A stretch of DNA of 58,015 nt from a virus (taxonomy: Duplodnaviria > Caudoviricetes). Shown here one piece after another: positions 9,892 through 20,017 of the stretch. Where the stretch lies: positions 1 to 58,015 of the IMG/VR virus record IMGVR_UViG_3300032241_001687; one strand, 5' to 3'. The position numbers were made by a program, and so were the translations under genes. A model generated the notes under the pieces. The model was given only the letters and a program-made list of their open reading frames with translations. It had not been told where the DNA came from and did not search any database. Numbering within the stretch: the first letter of the stretch is position 1; each line of letters opens with the position of its first letter.

Positions 9892-10701
9892 TTAAACATC
9901 AGTATCAGTTGCCGGATTATATTTTTTACCATCTTGGTAATTTGTTATTGTTGTTGTAAATCCAAAATCACTATCAGGATTTGCATTAAGTGGATTAGGT
10001 ACTACTATAATTCTATCATCTCTTGCATGATCAGGAACAATATTTTCTTTAGCAGATAAATCTGTTTGTACTTTTGTAATTACATTTTGTGACGACATAG
10101 GGCCATACAGGTAAGTTTTTGCAGTAAAGTTTAAATTATATATAACAGCTCTACGAGTTGAAAAATCACCACTATAATTATCTTCGTAATTTATTGTATT
10201 TAATACAACCGGAACATCTCTAACAATATTCATATCTGGCAGTATGTTTAATGATATTGTATAGTCAGGTTGAAAGAAAGGTAATATTTGTTCTATAATT
10301 TGTAAACCATTTTCTGCAGTAGCAGTAAATGTATGAAGATTGTAACTTATATTATAAGGTACAGGAACATAATTAACATTGTAAGTTTTACCGTTTGAAC
10401 CAGGTTGTACTTGTTTATATTTTATAACTCTTGTTAATTTTCTTACAGGATCATAAGTAATTCCAGAAATTTCAAATCCCATTCTCGGTAATGTAATTGC
10501 AAATTGTCTTTGATTTAAATCTGGTTTTTGTTCTAATCTCACAAGAAATTTTTCTTTAGGTGCATATGAAAGAGGAACTAATATTCTTTTAGTTAATGAA
10601 CCAGTTGCACTATGAGATTCAATAACGATGTTATTAAATAATGTTCCAAAGGCAACTGTCATTTTTCTTAAAGATTCATTATAAAAATAATTTCCAAACA
10701 T
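9892..10701 (-). CDS. gp15: Tail sheath stabiliser / completion protein (T4 gp15)
   Basis: Motifs AFGTLFNNI, VPLSYAPKEKF, LPRMGFE and QIIEQILPFFQP. Confidence 0.93.
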   Translation of the reverse strand: MFGNYFYNESLRKMTVAFGTLFNNIVIESHSATGSLTKRILVPLSYAPKEKFLVRLEQKPDLNQRQFAITLPRMGFEISGITYDPVRKLTRVIKYKQVQPGSNGKTYNVNYVPVPYNISYNLHTFTATAENGLQIIEQILPFFQPDYTISLNILPDMNIVRDVPVVLNTINYEDNYSGDFSTRRAVIYNLNFTAKTYLYGPMSSQNVITKVQTDLSAKENIVPDHARDDRIIVVPNPLNANPDSDFGFTTTITNYQDGKKYNPATDTDV

Positions 10702-10703
10702 TT

Positions 10704-11510
10704 TTATATTTCTCCTGGTTGACCAAAAGGATTTGTTTCAGAAAAATCTAATAATTGATTTGCAGAATGAGGATCAAATCCTGCTGCTGTATCTAAATCT
10801 AAATTTTCTGCATAAGGTGATTGTACTTCAATATTAGTTGCAACTGCATCTTCTCCAATTAAAAAAACTGGATCTCCATAAATTGGTGATTCTTCTAATA
10901 TAACAGAACCATCACCTTCTATCCAATCTCCACCTTCTAGTAACATATTATATTTAATATTATTAAGTGAAAATGTGTTTTCATTTTGATCAATTACAGG
11001 AACACCTGTTTCAAGAGGTTCTGAATTGTATTGCCATCTTTGTACTCTAAGTTTATATACTGGCAAATTACCCAATTGAAAAAACGGTTCTTGGTCTTCT
11101 ACAAATAATATTTCAAAAAAACTATTCATTAAAGGCAAAAATATAATATCTCCTTCATTAGGTCTTCCTAAAACTATTTGATTTCTAGGTATAATCATTT
11201 GTTGCCATGTTCTTTTTGCAACAACAAATGTTGTATCTTCTCTAATTTCTAATCCAAATTTACTTACTAATTCTTTTTGACCTGCAAATCCTTCAGTAGT
11301 TTCAAAATACATTTCAATATTATAAGCCTGATCAAATTTACTTGAACTATCTTCGCCTAGAATTAAATCGTGATTGACGAGTGTACGAGGCATGTAATAT
11401 ACATCTAATCCGTATATCTTAATACCCTCAATAATTAAATTTTCAAATAAAGTTTTTTCTGATTGGCTTCCAATACCTTGACCTCCTTGGAAATAATGAT
11501 TGACAGGCAT
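10704..11510 (-). CDS. gp14: Neck protein (T4 gp14)
   Basis: Motifs YGLDVYYMPR, SKFGLEIRE, RPNEGDII and C-terminal DFSETNPFG. Confidence 0.93.
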   Translation of the reverse strand: MPVNHYFQGGQGIGSQSEKTLFENLIIEGIKIYGLDVYYMPRTLVNHDLILGEDSSSKFDQAYNIEMYFETTEGFAGQKELVSKFGLEIREDTTFVVAKRTWQQMIIPRNQIVLGRPNEGDIIFLPLMNSFFEILFVEDQEPFFQLGNLPVYKLRVQRWQYNSEPLETGVPVIDQNENTFSLNNIKYNMLLEGGDWIEGDGSVILEESPIYGDPVFLIGEDAVATNIEVQSPYAENLDLDTAAGFDPHSANQLLDFSETNPFGQPGEI

Positions 11511-11514
11511 AGTT

Positions 11515-12330
11515 TTAACCTACTAAAAATGCTGGTGGATTTTCGTATGTTTCTCTTAATTCTTTTTCTAATTTTTCTATGTCAGAAAGGGAATCGTTAA
11601 ATATTTTTTCTCCATTCAACTTAACACCTCCTAACATGACAACACCATCAAATTTTATTAAATTTGCACCCCATTGTTGTTTAAATTTTGCTATTGTATA
11701 TCTTTTTAACCATATATCATTAAAAACATCAGGAAATGTACTTGGATCTAATTTACGATAACAATCAATAACAAAAAATTCATTTACTTGTATATCATTA
11801 ACCCAATCCATATCAACATACAATCTATTATCATGTTGTTGAAATCTAATTGGTTTCATACCTACTAATATTTGATCTAAAAAATCTAAATGTCTTAATA
11901 CCATATCATAACTAATAATAGATGTTGAGGCAAAATCATAAAGATCGTTTAATCGTAATTGATATCTTACGTCAAAAAAATTCATTGTCTGTTTATTTGA
12001 AAACGGAAATATATTTACAACTGATATAACAGTAGGAGGTACAACTAAAAAATTTTGTGCTTCATACCAAGTTGAACTAAACCCATCAGCACTAGTTGCA
12101 GTTTCTGATGATGCAGTTGAACTGGTTAATCTAATTCTATCTGCATCTGTTAATTGATATTTTAAATACGTTCTACGAATACCGTCAACGTGATACTGTG
12201 CATATAATTGTAATGCTTCATCAATTCTATCTTCTAATTGATCATCATCAACGTTAATTTCTATAACAGGTTGTCCTAATGCTCTTAAAGCATATTGTTT
12301 TAAATCTTCTCTTGTTGCTGGAAGTGCCAT
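11515..12330 (-). CDS. gp13: Neck protein (T4 gp13)
   Basis: Motifs LRALGQPVIEINVDDDQLEDRIDEA and KQQWGANLIKF...GGVKLNG. Confidence 0.95.
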   Translation of the reverse strand: MALPATREDLKQYALRALGQPVIEINVDDDQLEDRIDEALQLYAQYHVDGIRRTYLKYQLTDADRIRLTSSTASSETATSADGFSSTWYEAQNFLVVPPTVISVVNIFPFSNKQTMNFFDVRYQLRLNDLYDFASTSIISYDMVLRHLDFLDQILVGMKPIRFQQHDNRLYVDMDWVNDIQVNEFFVIDCYRKLDPSTFPDVFNDIWLKRYTIAKFKQQWGANLIKFDGVVMLGGVKLNGEKIFNDSLSDIEKLEKELRETYENPPAFLVG

Positions 12331-12339
12331 AATCTCTAC

Positions 12340-12347
12340 TATTTATA
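12340..12347 (-). promoter_or_regulatory. T4-type late promoter TATAAATA for gp13-gp17
   Basis: Exact match 10 nt upstream of the gp13 ATG. Confidence 0.75.
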
Positions 12348-12372
12348 ATATTATAATAGAGATTATATATCT

Positions 12373-13467
12373 TTAAAACTTATATGATGCAGATAGTACT
12401 ATTTGTTGACCATCTTTAACATATGCATTTGTATAAGGGTTTCTTTGCGTTTGATCATACAAATATGCTCCTACTTCAGCACCACGTCTTTGATCAGGTC
12501 TTTTATTTACATCAGCGGGATTTGTATAAAACTCACGCACTAAAGCATAGTAATTTCCAGTATAACCTAAATCATCATGTTCTGTTCTATGAAAACTTGT
12601 AAACCATTCTTTGTTAATCATATAAAATACTTCATAGTCATATCTGTTTTGTTTAACAGAATAGTAACCTGTATTATGATTGTTCCACATTTCTGCACCC
12701 CAAAATACTGGTATACCATATTGAAATAAAGGTCCACCAATAGAATAACCTTCTTGATTTTTCTTTTTACCAGAGTAATCTGTTACATTATCTTCTGCCT
12801 GACTATTTGGTGTTGCAATTTGCATATATGATAAATCAAAGTATTTTACATTTGCAGTAACACTTCGATATTGAGTATGTGTATCTTTATCGTAACCTAT
12901 CATTGCACCTATAGGAAAATCTTTTTTTAAACGATATTCATTATAATCAAATTTATCGTCCCATTGAAATCCACCAACTGCCAAAACTACTTTTTCATTT
13001 TGATCAATTCGAGAATTATGTGTAGTTATAATTAAAGGTATACCTACTTTTGCTGTTTTTGCAAAACCTATTCTTTGCATATCAGTTTCACCTAACGCAA
13101 GTCTATAGTAATCACCACCAAACCCTAATTGTTTTGCAGTAAACGTATTATCTTGTGTGTGATCTAATTCGTGATATGTATCATAAACTGCAGATGCACC
13201 AATCCAATTAAAATATGAATTGCCATTTTCTACGTTATGACTTGCACCAACTTGAACTTGACCTGTTGTATGTAATCCACTATTATAAGTTTTATCATCG
13301 TAAATGGATTGTATTTGACCTTTGATATATAAATCTTTTGAAATTTCTGGTCCTTGTTTACTTTCAAGCGCTTGCACTCTTTTTTGTAAATCAGAAACAG
13401 TTGCGTTATCGTCCGCAAACGACAATGACGACCATAATAACGCCATTGCAAATATTAAATACTTCAT
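12373..13467 (-). CDS. Putative outer-membrane beta-barrel (porin-like) protein
   Basis: Sec signal peptide MKYLIFAMALLWSSLSFA, a short coiled coil DLQKRVQALE, aromatic/Gly-rich alternating strands, and a C-terminal VLSASYKF ending in Phe (BAM signal). An AAGGAG SD favours the ATG at 13467 over the GTG at 13473. Confidence 0.65.
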   Translation of the reverse strand: MKYLIFAMALLWSSLSFADDNATVSDLQKRVQALESKQGPEISKDLYIKGQIQSIYDDKTYNSGLHTTGQVQVGASHNVENGNSYFNWIGASAVYDTYHELDHTQDNTFTAKQLGFGGDYYRLALGETDMQRIGFAKTAKVGIPLIITTHNSRIDQNEKVVLAVGGFQWDDKFDYNEYRLKKDFPIGAMIGYDKDTHTQYRSVTANVKYFDLSYMQIATPNSQAEDNVTDYSGKKKNQEGYSIGGPLFQYGIPVFWGAEMWNNHNTGYYSVKQNRYDYEVFYMINKEWFTSFHRTEHDDLGYTGNYYALVREFYTNPADVNKRPDQRRGAEVGAYLYDQTQRNPYTNAYVKDGQQIVLSASYKF

Positions 13468-13487
13468 TTTCACTCCTTAATTGTATA

Positions 13488-14171
13488 TTAGTTATTTATA
13501 TCAGGAAACAAATGGTGTTTATTAAAAACCTCTACATCTTGTTCATTTAATCCCAAAGACAACATAACTCTTGGTGTATGAGGATTTTTTCGTTGATGTT
13601 CACAGTAATAATTTTGTGCTTTTATAACATCTTCTTTATTTGCTTCATCTTTATGATTAACTATTTTATCTAAGTAATTGTTTAAATTACTTTCTGCCAT
13701 AGTAGTAATTTGTTTTAATTCTTTTTCTTCTTGTATATTACCAGCGGCAATCATTCCTTTACTGAAGATTGCCTTAGCCCAATCTGGTAATTCTCTCTCT
13801 TTACTAGGTTTAAACCATTTGGTTTCGTGAATAAACCAATTTGTTAAATCGTGATTTTTATTTAATAGTGGAGAAAAATCGTGAAAAGCGCCTGTAACTT
13901 TATTTTTACCTGCAATAATATCAAATCCATAAATTGGTCCACTATTTGTTAAACCCGGAAATAAACAAACATGCATCATATAAAGACCTTTTGTATTTCT
14001 TGCATCTACAACATCTATATGAGCTCGTCTTACATAATCATTTTTCCATGTACGATTGACCCAACCTTCTTTATTAAATCGTGTCATACCTTCTTCAAAG
14101 TATTCTACACAATTTTTATTTAATATATTAATTATATTATCTTTACACTGTATAAGATTTTCCCAAATCAT
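13488..14171 (-). CDS. pcyX: Ferredoxin-dependent bilin reductase, PcyX-like
   Basis: Motifs RRAHIDVVD, MMHVCLFP, PIYGFDIIAG, GAFHDFSP, RELPDWAKAIFS and QNYYCEHQRKNPHT; overlaps a heme oxygenase gene. Confidence 0.85.
   Translation of the reverse strand: MIWENLIQCKDNIINILNKNCVEYFEEGMTRFNKEGWVNRTWKNDYVRRAHIDVVDARNTKGLYMMHVCLFPGLTNSGPIYGFDIIAGKNKVTGAFHDFSPLLNKNHDLTNWFIHETKWFKPSKERELPDWAKAIFSKGMIAAGNIQEEKELKQITTMAESNLNNYLDKIVNHKDEANKEDVIKAQNYYCEHQRKNPHTPRVMLSLGLNEQDVEVFNKHHLFPDINN
13493..13500 (-). promoter_or_regulatory. T4-type late promoter TATAAATA for the porin-like gene
   Basis: Exact match at the 3' end of pcyX, about 25 nt upstream of the porin ATG. Confidence 0.6.
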
Positions 14172-14712
14172 TCATTTCCTTAAATAATTCTGTTGCATAA
14201 TCAAAACATAATTTGGCTTCTGCAACTACATTTATTTGATAAGTTTTATAATATTCATTTATAGATTCTCTAATTGATCTTTTTAAATGTTCAGGTTCTA
14301 CAAAAATAAGATAAGAATTTTGTCCTGGGGTTTTTCTTCTTATCATTTGTCCACCATATAAATCACCCATGTGTCTAACATAAACATGAGAAAATAGTTT
14401 TTCTGGATCGTTTTTTATATCGTCTAAATGGTAAAGATAACGTAATGTACTATCAGTAATGTATGGTAATTCGTTTTTTTTCCATAAAGTTTTATAATCA
14501 GATTCTAATTTAGATGTTCGTTCTATATTTGGAAGTTGATTAAAAAGACCATTCTCAATACAATATTTTTCTAATCTAGCGTAACATTGATAAAGATTAA
14601 AAAGATAAATTGAATATAATTCTGGATTTATTGATCCAGACATTAAAACTTTTACAAATTCTTGATTTTCTGCGTTACGATGTTGTTCAAGCGTTTCTGT
14701 TTTGATATCCAT
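14143..14712 (-). CDS. hemO: Heme oxygenase (biliverdin-producing)
   Basis: Proximal His in TLEQHRNAE, distal helix HVYVRHMGDLYGGQ, and C-terminal EAKLCF. Confidence 0.9.
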   Translation of the reverse strand: MDIKTETLEQHRNAENQEFVKVLMSGSINPELYSIYLFNLYQCYARLEKYCIENGLFNQLPNIERTSKLESDYKTLWKKNELPYITDSTLRYLYHLDDIKNDPEKLFSHVYVRHMGDLYGGQMIRRKTPGQNSYLIFVEPEHLKRSIRESINEYYKTYQINVVAEAKLCFDYATELFKEMNDLGKSYTV

Positions 14713-14736
14713 AATATAAAATTTTCATAAAAATTA

Positions 14737-16914
14737 TTAGTCAGTAGGCCCGCTGTGCATCATATATCTAGGGCCTGTAGTTGTTGCAGAATATGGATAT
14801 TTACTATAGTTAAATGTTTGTTGATTAGTACCATCATAACCGACCCATAATATTTTACCATTTTCATCTCTAAATGCCATTAACGGAGTTGAACCAAATC
14901 CAAATGCGTGTGCATCAACAATAGAAGTTCCTGAAGGAACAAATAGTTTACGTTTTCTTTCGTAATTCATTTCATTATCAAATAAATCTTGATCAGGTGA
15001 GTTAGGACCTTGGTTACTCCAGTTAGTGTTATTACCTGCTGCTGAAGCACCTGGATCAAATCCTTGTGATTGATATCCATAGATATTTCTTCCACCTGCC
15101 CACATTACACCTTCATCATCAAATATAATAGGATCAGCATATTGATATGATCCATCGTTTCTGGAAATACTATGACCTGCAACAAATTTACAACCTTTAG
15201 GCCCTTCAATAAATGTAAATACATTTGATTCACCTCCAGTTGTAAACCAATAGTTTTGTTTAACTCCTGAACCTCTAGAACCTGCAGCATAGTTACCATT
15301 AAATGACCATACCATGTCTGTATTTTTTTGTCTAATAACAGCCCATTGTGCATCTGAACCGCCTACCCAAAATTCATCAATATCACCATTCATAAAGAAA
15401 TCTAATCTTCTAAATGCACCCCATTGAATAGTATCTGTAGCACCTTCAGCACCTACTCCAGGAACTGATCCGTTAGTAGCATATCCTGCTGCCCACAACC
15501 AACCTTCATTATCTAAAATCCATGCAGTTGTATTAGTTTCGTTGTTAGATGTAAGCATGAATTTTTTAATTCCTCCATACAATCTAAAATCTACTGTTAT
15601 AGGATGTGGATAATATTGAATATAAGTACCTGATCCATGTCCTTGACCTAATTCACCGTATTGGTTTTTACCCCAAGACCACATAATACCTTCTTCATCT
15701 AAGGCATAAAATCTTGATTGTCCACAACCTGTACTCCACATATCTACAATTGCTTTACCATCAAAATAATCTTGTGGTAATCTTCTTGGTCTTAATACGC
15801 TTGTAGAATAAAAACCTGATTGGTCAACAACGTTGTTTATAGAAGGATTACCTAATCCTAATTGACCTTGATTGTTATATCCCCATACCCAAACTGTTCC
15901 GTCAGCACCTAATGCAAAACAATTTGTGTTTGTACCAGATTGTTGCATAGATGATACACCAACTTTTACAATTTGAGTTTGATTAAATGTATTTGCAATA
16001 TTGTTACCAACCCAATCTGTAGTATCTGTAGCAGTAACTCTAGTAGTCCATGTTCTTTGAGTTGTATCATTTACACCCATAGCACCTTGTGCGTTATCAC
16101 CGCATGAATATACTTCACCATTATTCATAAGATATAATGCAACTTGATAACCTGCAGCAATTTGAATTACTTTTGGTGCTTTACCATCTGGAGTATTTAA
16201 TTTTCCTGTTTGATCTGCTGTATTCCATGCAGATGTATCTGTTGATGAAATCCAATCAACAAATGTAAACGCTGTTTGTTGATGTTTACCTAATCCTGTT
16301 TGTGTTGCTAATCCAGAACCTAATCCATTTCTTCCTAAAACGTCATATCCACCAAAATTTTGTACTGTTCCATCTGAACAAATAGCTTGAGATTTATATT
16401 GAGCATCACCTTTAGCATAACAATTTTCACCCATGTTATATTTCCAACCTAAAGGAGCAGCATTATTAAATATAATTGCTTCATGTCTATATTTTCCTCT
16501 ACGTGGTGATTGATAAACTTGTGTCCAATATAAAGTTTCAGTTACAAATGTATTTTTATTTCTTGTAGTTTGAACACAAAGATATACTGCACCATGATAT
16601 CTAACCATTTCACCTGGAAAATATTGTTGTGCCCAGTTCCATAATTTAACTCTATCTGTTGAACGAATGAATAACACCCAATATCTTTGATTATCAGGTC
16701 TATGACTTCTTCTAATTAATGTAGGAGTTTCTATAGAATAGTTGTTTGTATTAACTATACCAGTAGTTTTAATAATAAATTCTACAGGAATATCTCTAAT
16801 ACATTTATAAGATTTACCCTTCCAAACAATAACATCGTTTTTAAAATATTGTGTTCTTGTTCTCCATTGACCTTTCCATTGAAGTTTTATAGGGGTAATT
16901 GGAATTGCAACCAT
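14737..16914 (-). CDS. RCC1-like beta-propeller virion/fibre protein (725 aa)
   Basis: Repeats VWVWGYNNQGQLGLG and MWSWGKNQYGELGQG; N-terminal W..Y..DV..G..Y.C (CBM5/12-like) units. Confidence 0.7.
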   Translation of the reverse strand: MVAIPITPIKLQWKGQWRTRTQYFKNDVIVWKGKSYKCIRDIPVEFIIKTTGIVNTNNYSIETPTLIRRSHRPDNQRYWVLFIRSTDRVKLWNWAQQYFPGEMVRYHGAVYLCVQTTRNKNTFVTETLYWTQVYQSPRRGKYRHEAIIFNNAAPLGWKYNMGENCYAKGDAQYKSQAICSDGTVQNFGGYDVLGRNGLGSGLATQTGLGKHQQTAFTFVDWISSTDTSAWNTADQTGKLNTPDGKAPKVIQIAAGYQVALYLMNNGEVYSCGDNAQGAMGVNDTTQRTWTTRVTATDTTDWVGNNIANTFNQTQIVKVGVSSMQQSGTNTNCFALGADGTVWVWGYNNQGQLGLGNPSINNVVDQSGFYSTSVLRPRRLPQDYFDGKAIVDMWSTGCGQSRFYALDEEGIMWSWGKNQYGELGQGHGSGTYIQYYPHPITVDFRLYGGIKKFMLTSNNETNTTAWILDNEGWLWAAGYATNGSVPGVGAEGATDTIQWGAFRRLDFFMNGDIDEFWVGGSDAQWAVIRQKNTDMVWSFNGNYAAGSRGSGVKQNYWFTTGGESNVFTFIEGPKGCKFVAGHSISRNDGSYQYADPIIFDDEGVMWAGGRNIYGYQSQGFDPGASAAGNNTNWSNQGPNSPDQDLFDNEMNYERKRKLFVPSGTSIVDAHAFGFGSTPLMAFRDENGKILWVGYDGTNQQTFNYSKYPYSATTTGPRYMMHSGPTD

Positions 16915-16917
16915 TTT

Positions 16918-17331
16918 TTAAAATCCTAAACTTGTTAAATATTCTTGTTTTTTATTTTCAATTTCTGTTAAATCTGCAATTACATTTTTATCACCTGCTG
17001 CCATTAAACTTAAAATATGTAATATAGATTTATATTTTTGATATATTGTTTGTTCAATATTTGTAAATTCTGTTTTAATATTAAAACTATTTTCTTTTAA
17101 AAATTCTAATGTTTTAGCATCATCTTCATTAGAGTTATCTAAAATTCTAACATCTAAATCACCTTGTCCTTCTGTAATTTCTGTTGTTTCTGGATTAAAA
17201 GAAATATAAACATGAGTTTCTGTATTTCCTATAAAAATTAATTTTTGTTCAGAATTTGGATCAATTTGTTTTGGAGATATATAACTATCACCCAATGCTA
17301 TGTTTTTTAATTGAAATATTTTATTTGCCAT
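16918..17331 (-). CDS. Hypothetical protein (137 aa), possible fibre assembly factor
   Basis: AGGAG SD; sits between RCC1 paralogues. No family recognised. Confidence 0.55.
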   Translation of the reverse strand: MANKIFQLKNIALGDSYISPKQIDPNSEQKLIFIGNTETHVYISFNPETTEITEGQGDLDVRILDNSNEDDAKTLEFLKENSFNIKTEFTNIEQTIYQKYKSILHILSLMAAGDKNVIADLTEIENKKQEYLTSLGF

Positions 17332-17350
17332 AATTTTGTTCTCCTTATAT

Positions 17351-20008
17351 TTATCTTCCTATTCCACCATTAGTCATAATTCCACCATTATTACTACTAT
17401 TATTCCATATACTATGACCTAATGTGTATGTATCTGAATATCCCCAACCAAATATTTGACCATTTTCAGTTGCAAGAAAATTAATTAAACCAAAGTAGTT
17501 TGGTGATACAATTGCTGAATATCTCCATAATCCTTGTCCAGTAATAGATACAACTCTTGTTCCTGCTGGTACATAACAATTATAAGGAATATAAGTTCCA
17601 TCTTGACCGTTATAAGGAGCATTACTTCCTGCTAAAGGATTTGGTGAACTACCACTTGTATTAAAACCTTGAGTTAACATCATACCATTATCCATTAAAT
17701 AATATGCCACAGCTGTATCAGCAGAAGCACCTCCAGTTCCTATAATATGAACTTCTTTTAAATTGTTTAATCTTGAATTTAATTGTACGGCAGGATATAT
17801 ACCGCCACTTGTAGTATTGTTACCAGCAAGATACTGAGCACCAGAATATCCTGCTACCCATGTTGTACCATCATTTTTACGAGCAAAAATAGTAGTATAG
17901 TTATTATAGTTTACACACCACATGTCAACTAAAGTTCCACTTGGTGCAGTAGTTGATATAGTCCATGTAGTTACAGCTGTGTTTGTTGCAGCAAAACCTT
18001 GACCATAACCATTGTAACCTGATCTCCAAATATAACCATTACCGTCTAATATAAAACAACAAGCATTTGTGTCCCAACCAACGCACTGAAATACTTGAAT
18101 ACCGTTGTTAGCAACAGGATCCCATCCAGTCATTTTAAATGGACGATATCTATCTGTAGTATCTCCAGTAGCTAATAAGCCACTTGAATTTCTTCCCCAA
18201 CCATAAAGCCAATCATCTCTTGTTCTTGCAAATGCAGTAATGTAACCAGATGGACCTCCTGTAATTGCAATATCAATAACTTTTTTATTATCAAAATAAA
18301 ATCTTGGTATTTTTTTAGCAGCTGCCCAGTTTTCTAATCGACCTGTAGCCAATTGTCCAACTGTGTTGTTACCCCAAGTATAAACATCACCTTTATCTGA
18401 TAATGCCATACAAGTATGAAAGTTATTTTCGCCCGAAATGTTTGCCGCAACTTTTATAATTCTTACATCTTCAAGACCATTTACGTTAACAGCCTGAGAG
18501 TAACTAGTAAAGTTACCATTACCACCTTGTCCTTCAGTACCGTAACCACTATGTTTAACTTCTCCGTTATCAAATAGATATAAAGAATATCCATAACCTT
18601 GTTCTATTTGAGTACATTTTGGAACGTTACCATGTCTTGTATATTTAAATCCTCTTCTACTTTGTGTACCACTTCTATTTCTATCTTCTGAAGAATCCCA
18701 TTCTCTAAATTTAAAACAAATTTCTTGGAAATATGATATAACGTTACCGTCTCCAGTTGCTATATCACCGTTAGAACCTGCTCCTCTTGTCCATACAGTT
18801 CCATTTTTATCTATAAATTTTTGGTTAGCATAAATGTTTCCACCTGAATTAGTATGATGTTTATAAGACCAACCAATAGGGCCTTGATTTGGAAACCATG
18901 CTCCTGCTTGGTTATCACCATCACCTGAAAAGTTTTCCCATTTAGTTTGTCTACTATTAATGTTAGTTGTTAAACGTCCTGAAGTGTTTGTTGATGATGT
19001 CATCAATGGTGATCTTGTTTTTTCCATTGCACCAAATACTGGAGGAGTATTAATATTATCAACTGTACATCTATAAATTTCTTTACCCATTGTTACATAT
19101 CTATTAGGAGAAGGAATAGTAACTAATTGATGACTTGTATAGTTTTTATATGTTACTAAATCGTTATGATAATATTGTGTTGTAGGATTCCACTCTCCTC
19201 TAAAATTTAATTTAGTATTAAGTTCGTCCCAATACAAATATCCTTCCCAAGATTTTGTAACTGGTACACCAACACTACCTGTAAATACAGCAGATGTTGC
19301 ATTACAATATGGATAAATGTTTGTTGCTCCTATTGGAACAGTTAATTCAACACGTCTGCTATTATATTTGTTAAATAAATTTGAATTTAAAAATGTTGAA
19401 AAATATGTAGATTCAGTTACAACTTGATTATTTAAATAATATTGAACATAACCAGCAGCATATAAACTTACTGCTGATGGTTCTGCAGTTAAACTAAAAC
19501 TAATAGCATAATTTAAATTAGAAACATCATGTTGTTCAAAAGCATAAGTTTCATCTTCATTTAATTGCAACCATGTATTTGCAAGACCAGCAGTTGATCC
19601 GTCAATTTGAAATTTAGTTGAAGCAATTTTAACTGTATAAACGTTTTTATATTGTCTATAGTTATAAGAAAAATTAGGGTTAGCGTTTATGTAACCATAT
19701 TCATCATTAATTCCAGGTTCAGCATTTTGTTCACCTATGTACTGTTGAGTATTTTGTCCTACGTTTAATAAATCGTAATCAGTATAAGATAAACGAGTTT
19801 TAAAGTCATCTCTACTTATTATATCATTATAACCAGTAGTTTTTTTACCAGGTGCATAATTGTTTACACTATTAGGAACATAAGCTCTTTTCATTATCCA
19901 TAATTTATTTTTATGAATAACAACATCACCTACAGTATACACTTGCGATGATGTCCAGTCACCTTGTAGTGTAAATTTAATTCGTCCTAAATCTATTGTT
20001 GCTGACAT
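17351..20008 (-). CDS. RCC1-like beta-propeller virion/fibre protein (885 aa)
   Basis: Repeats VYTWGNNTVGQLATG and LYGWGRNSSGLLATG; N-terminal DLGRIKF..QGDW motif. Confidence 0.7.
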   Translation of the reverse strand: MSATIDLGRIKFTLQGDWTSSQVYTVGDVVIHKNKLWIMKRAYVPNSVNNYAPGKKTTGYNDIISRDDFKTRLSYTDYDLLNVGQNTQQYIGEQNAEPGINDEYGYINANPNFSYNYRQYKNVYTVKIASTKFQIDGSTAGLANTWLQLNEDETYAFEQHDVSNLNYAISFSLTAEPSAVSLYAAGYVQYYLNNQVVTESTYFSTFLNSNLFNKYNSRRVELTVPIGATNIYPYCNATSAVFTGSVGVPVTKSWEGYLYWDELNTKLNFRGEWNPTTQYYHNDLVTYKNYTSHQLVTIPSPNRYVTMGKEIYRCTVDNINTPPVFGAMEKTRSPLMTSSTNTSGRLTTNINSRQTKWENFSGDGDNQAGAWFPNQGPIGWSYKHHTNSGGNIYANQKFIDKNGTVWTRGAGSNGDIATGDGNVISYFQEICFKFREWDSSEDRNRSGTQSRRGFKYTRHGNVPKCTQIEQGYGYSLYLFDNGEVKHSGYGTEGQGGNGNFTSYSQAVNVNGLEDVRIIKVAANISGENNFHTCMALSDKGDVYTWGNNTVGQLATGRLENWAAAKKIPRFYFDNKKVIDIAITGGPSGYITAFARTRDDWLYGWGRNSSGLLATGDTTDRYRPFKMTGWDPVANNGIQVFQCVGWDTNACCFILDGNGYIWRSGYNGYGQGFAATNTAVTTWTISTTAPSGTLVDMWCVNYNNYTTIFARKNDGTTWVAGYSGAQYLAGNNTTSGGIYPAVQLNSRLNNLKEVHIIGTGGASADTAVAYYLMDNGMMLTQGFNTSGSSPNPLAGSNAPYNGQDGTYIPYNCYVPAGTRVVSITGQGLWRYSAIVSPNYFGLINFLATENGQIFGWGYSDTYTLGHSIWNNSSNNGGIMTNGGIGR

Positions 20009-20017
20009 TTGTTATAT

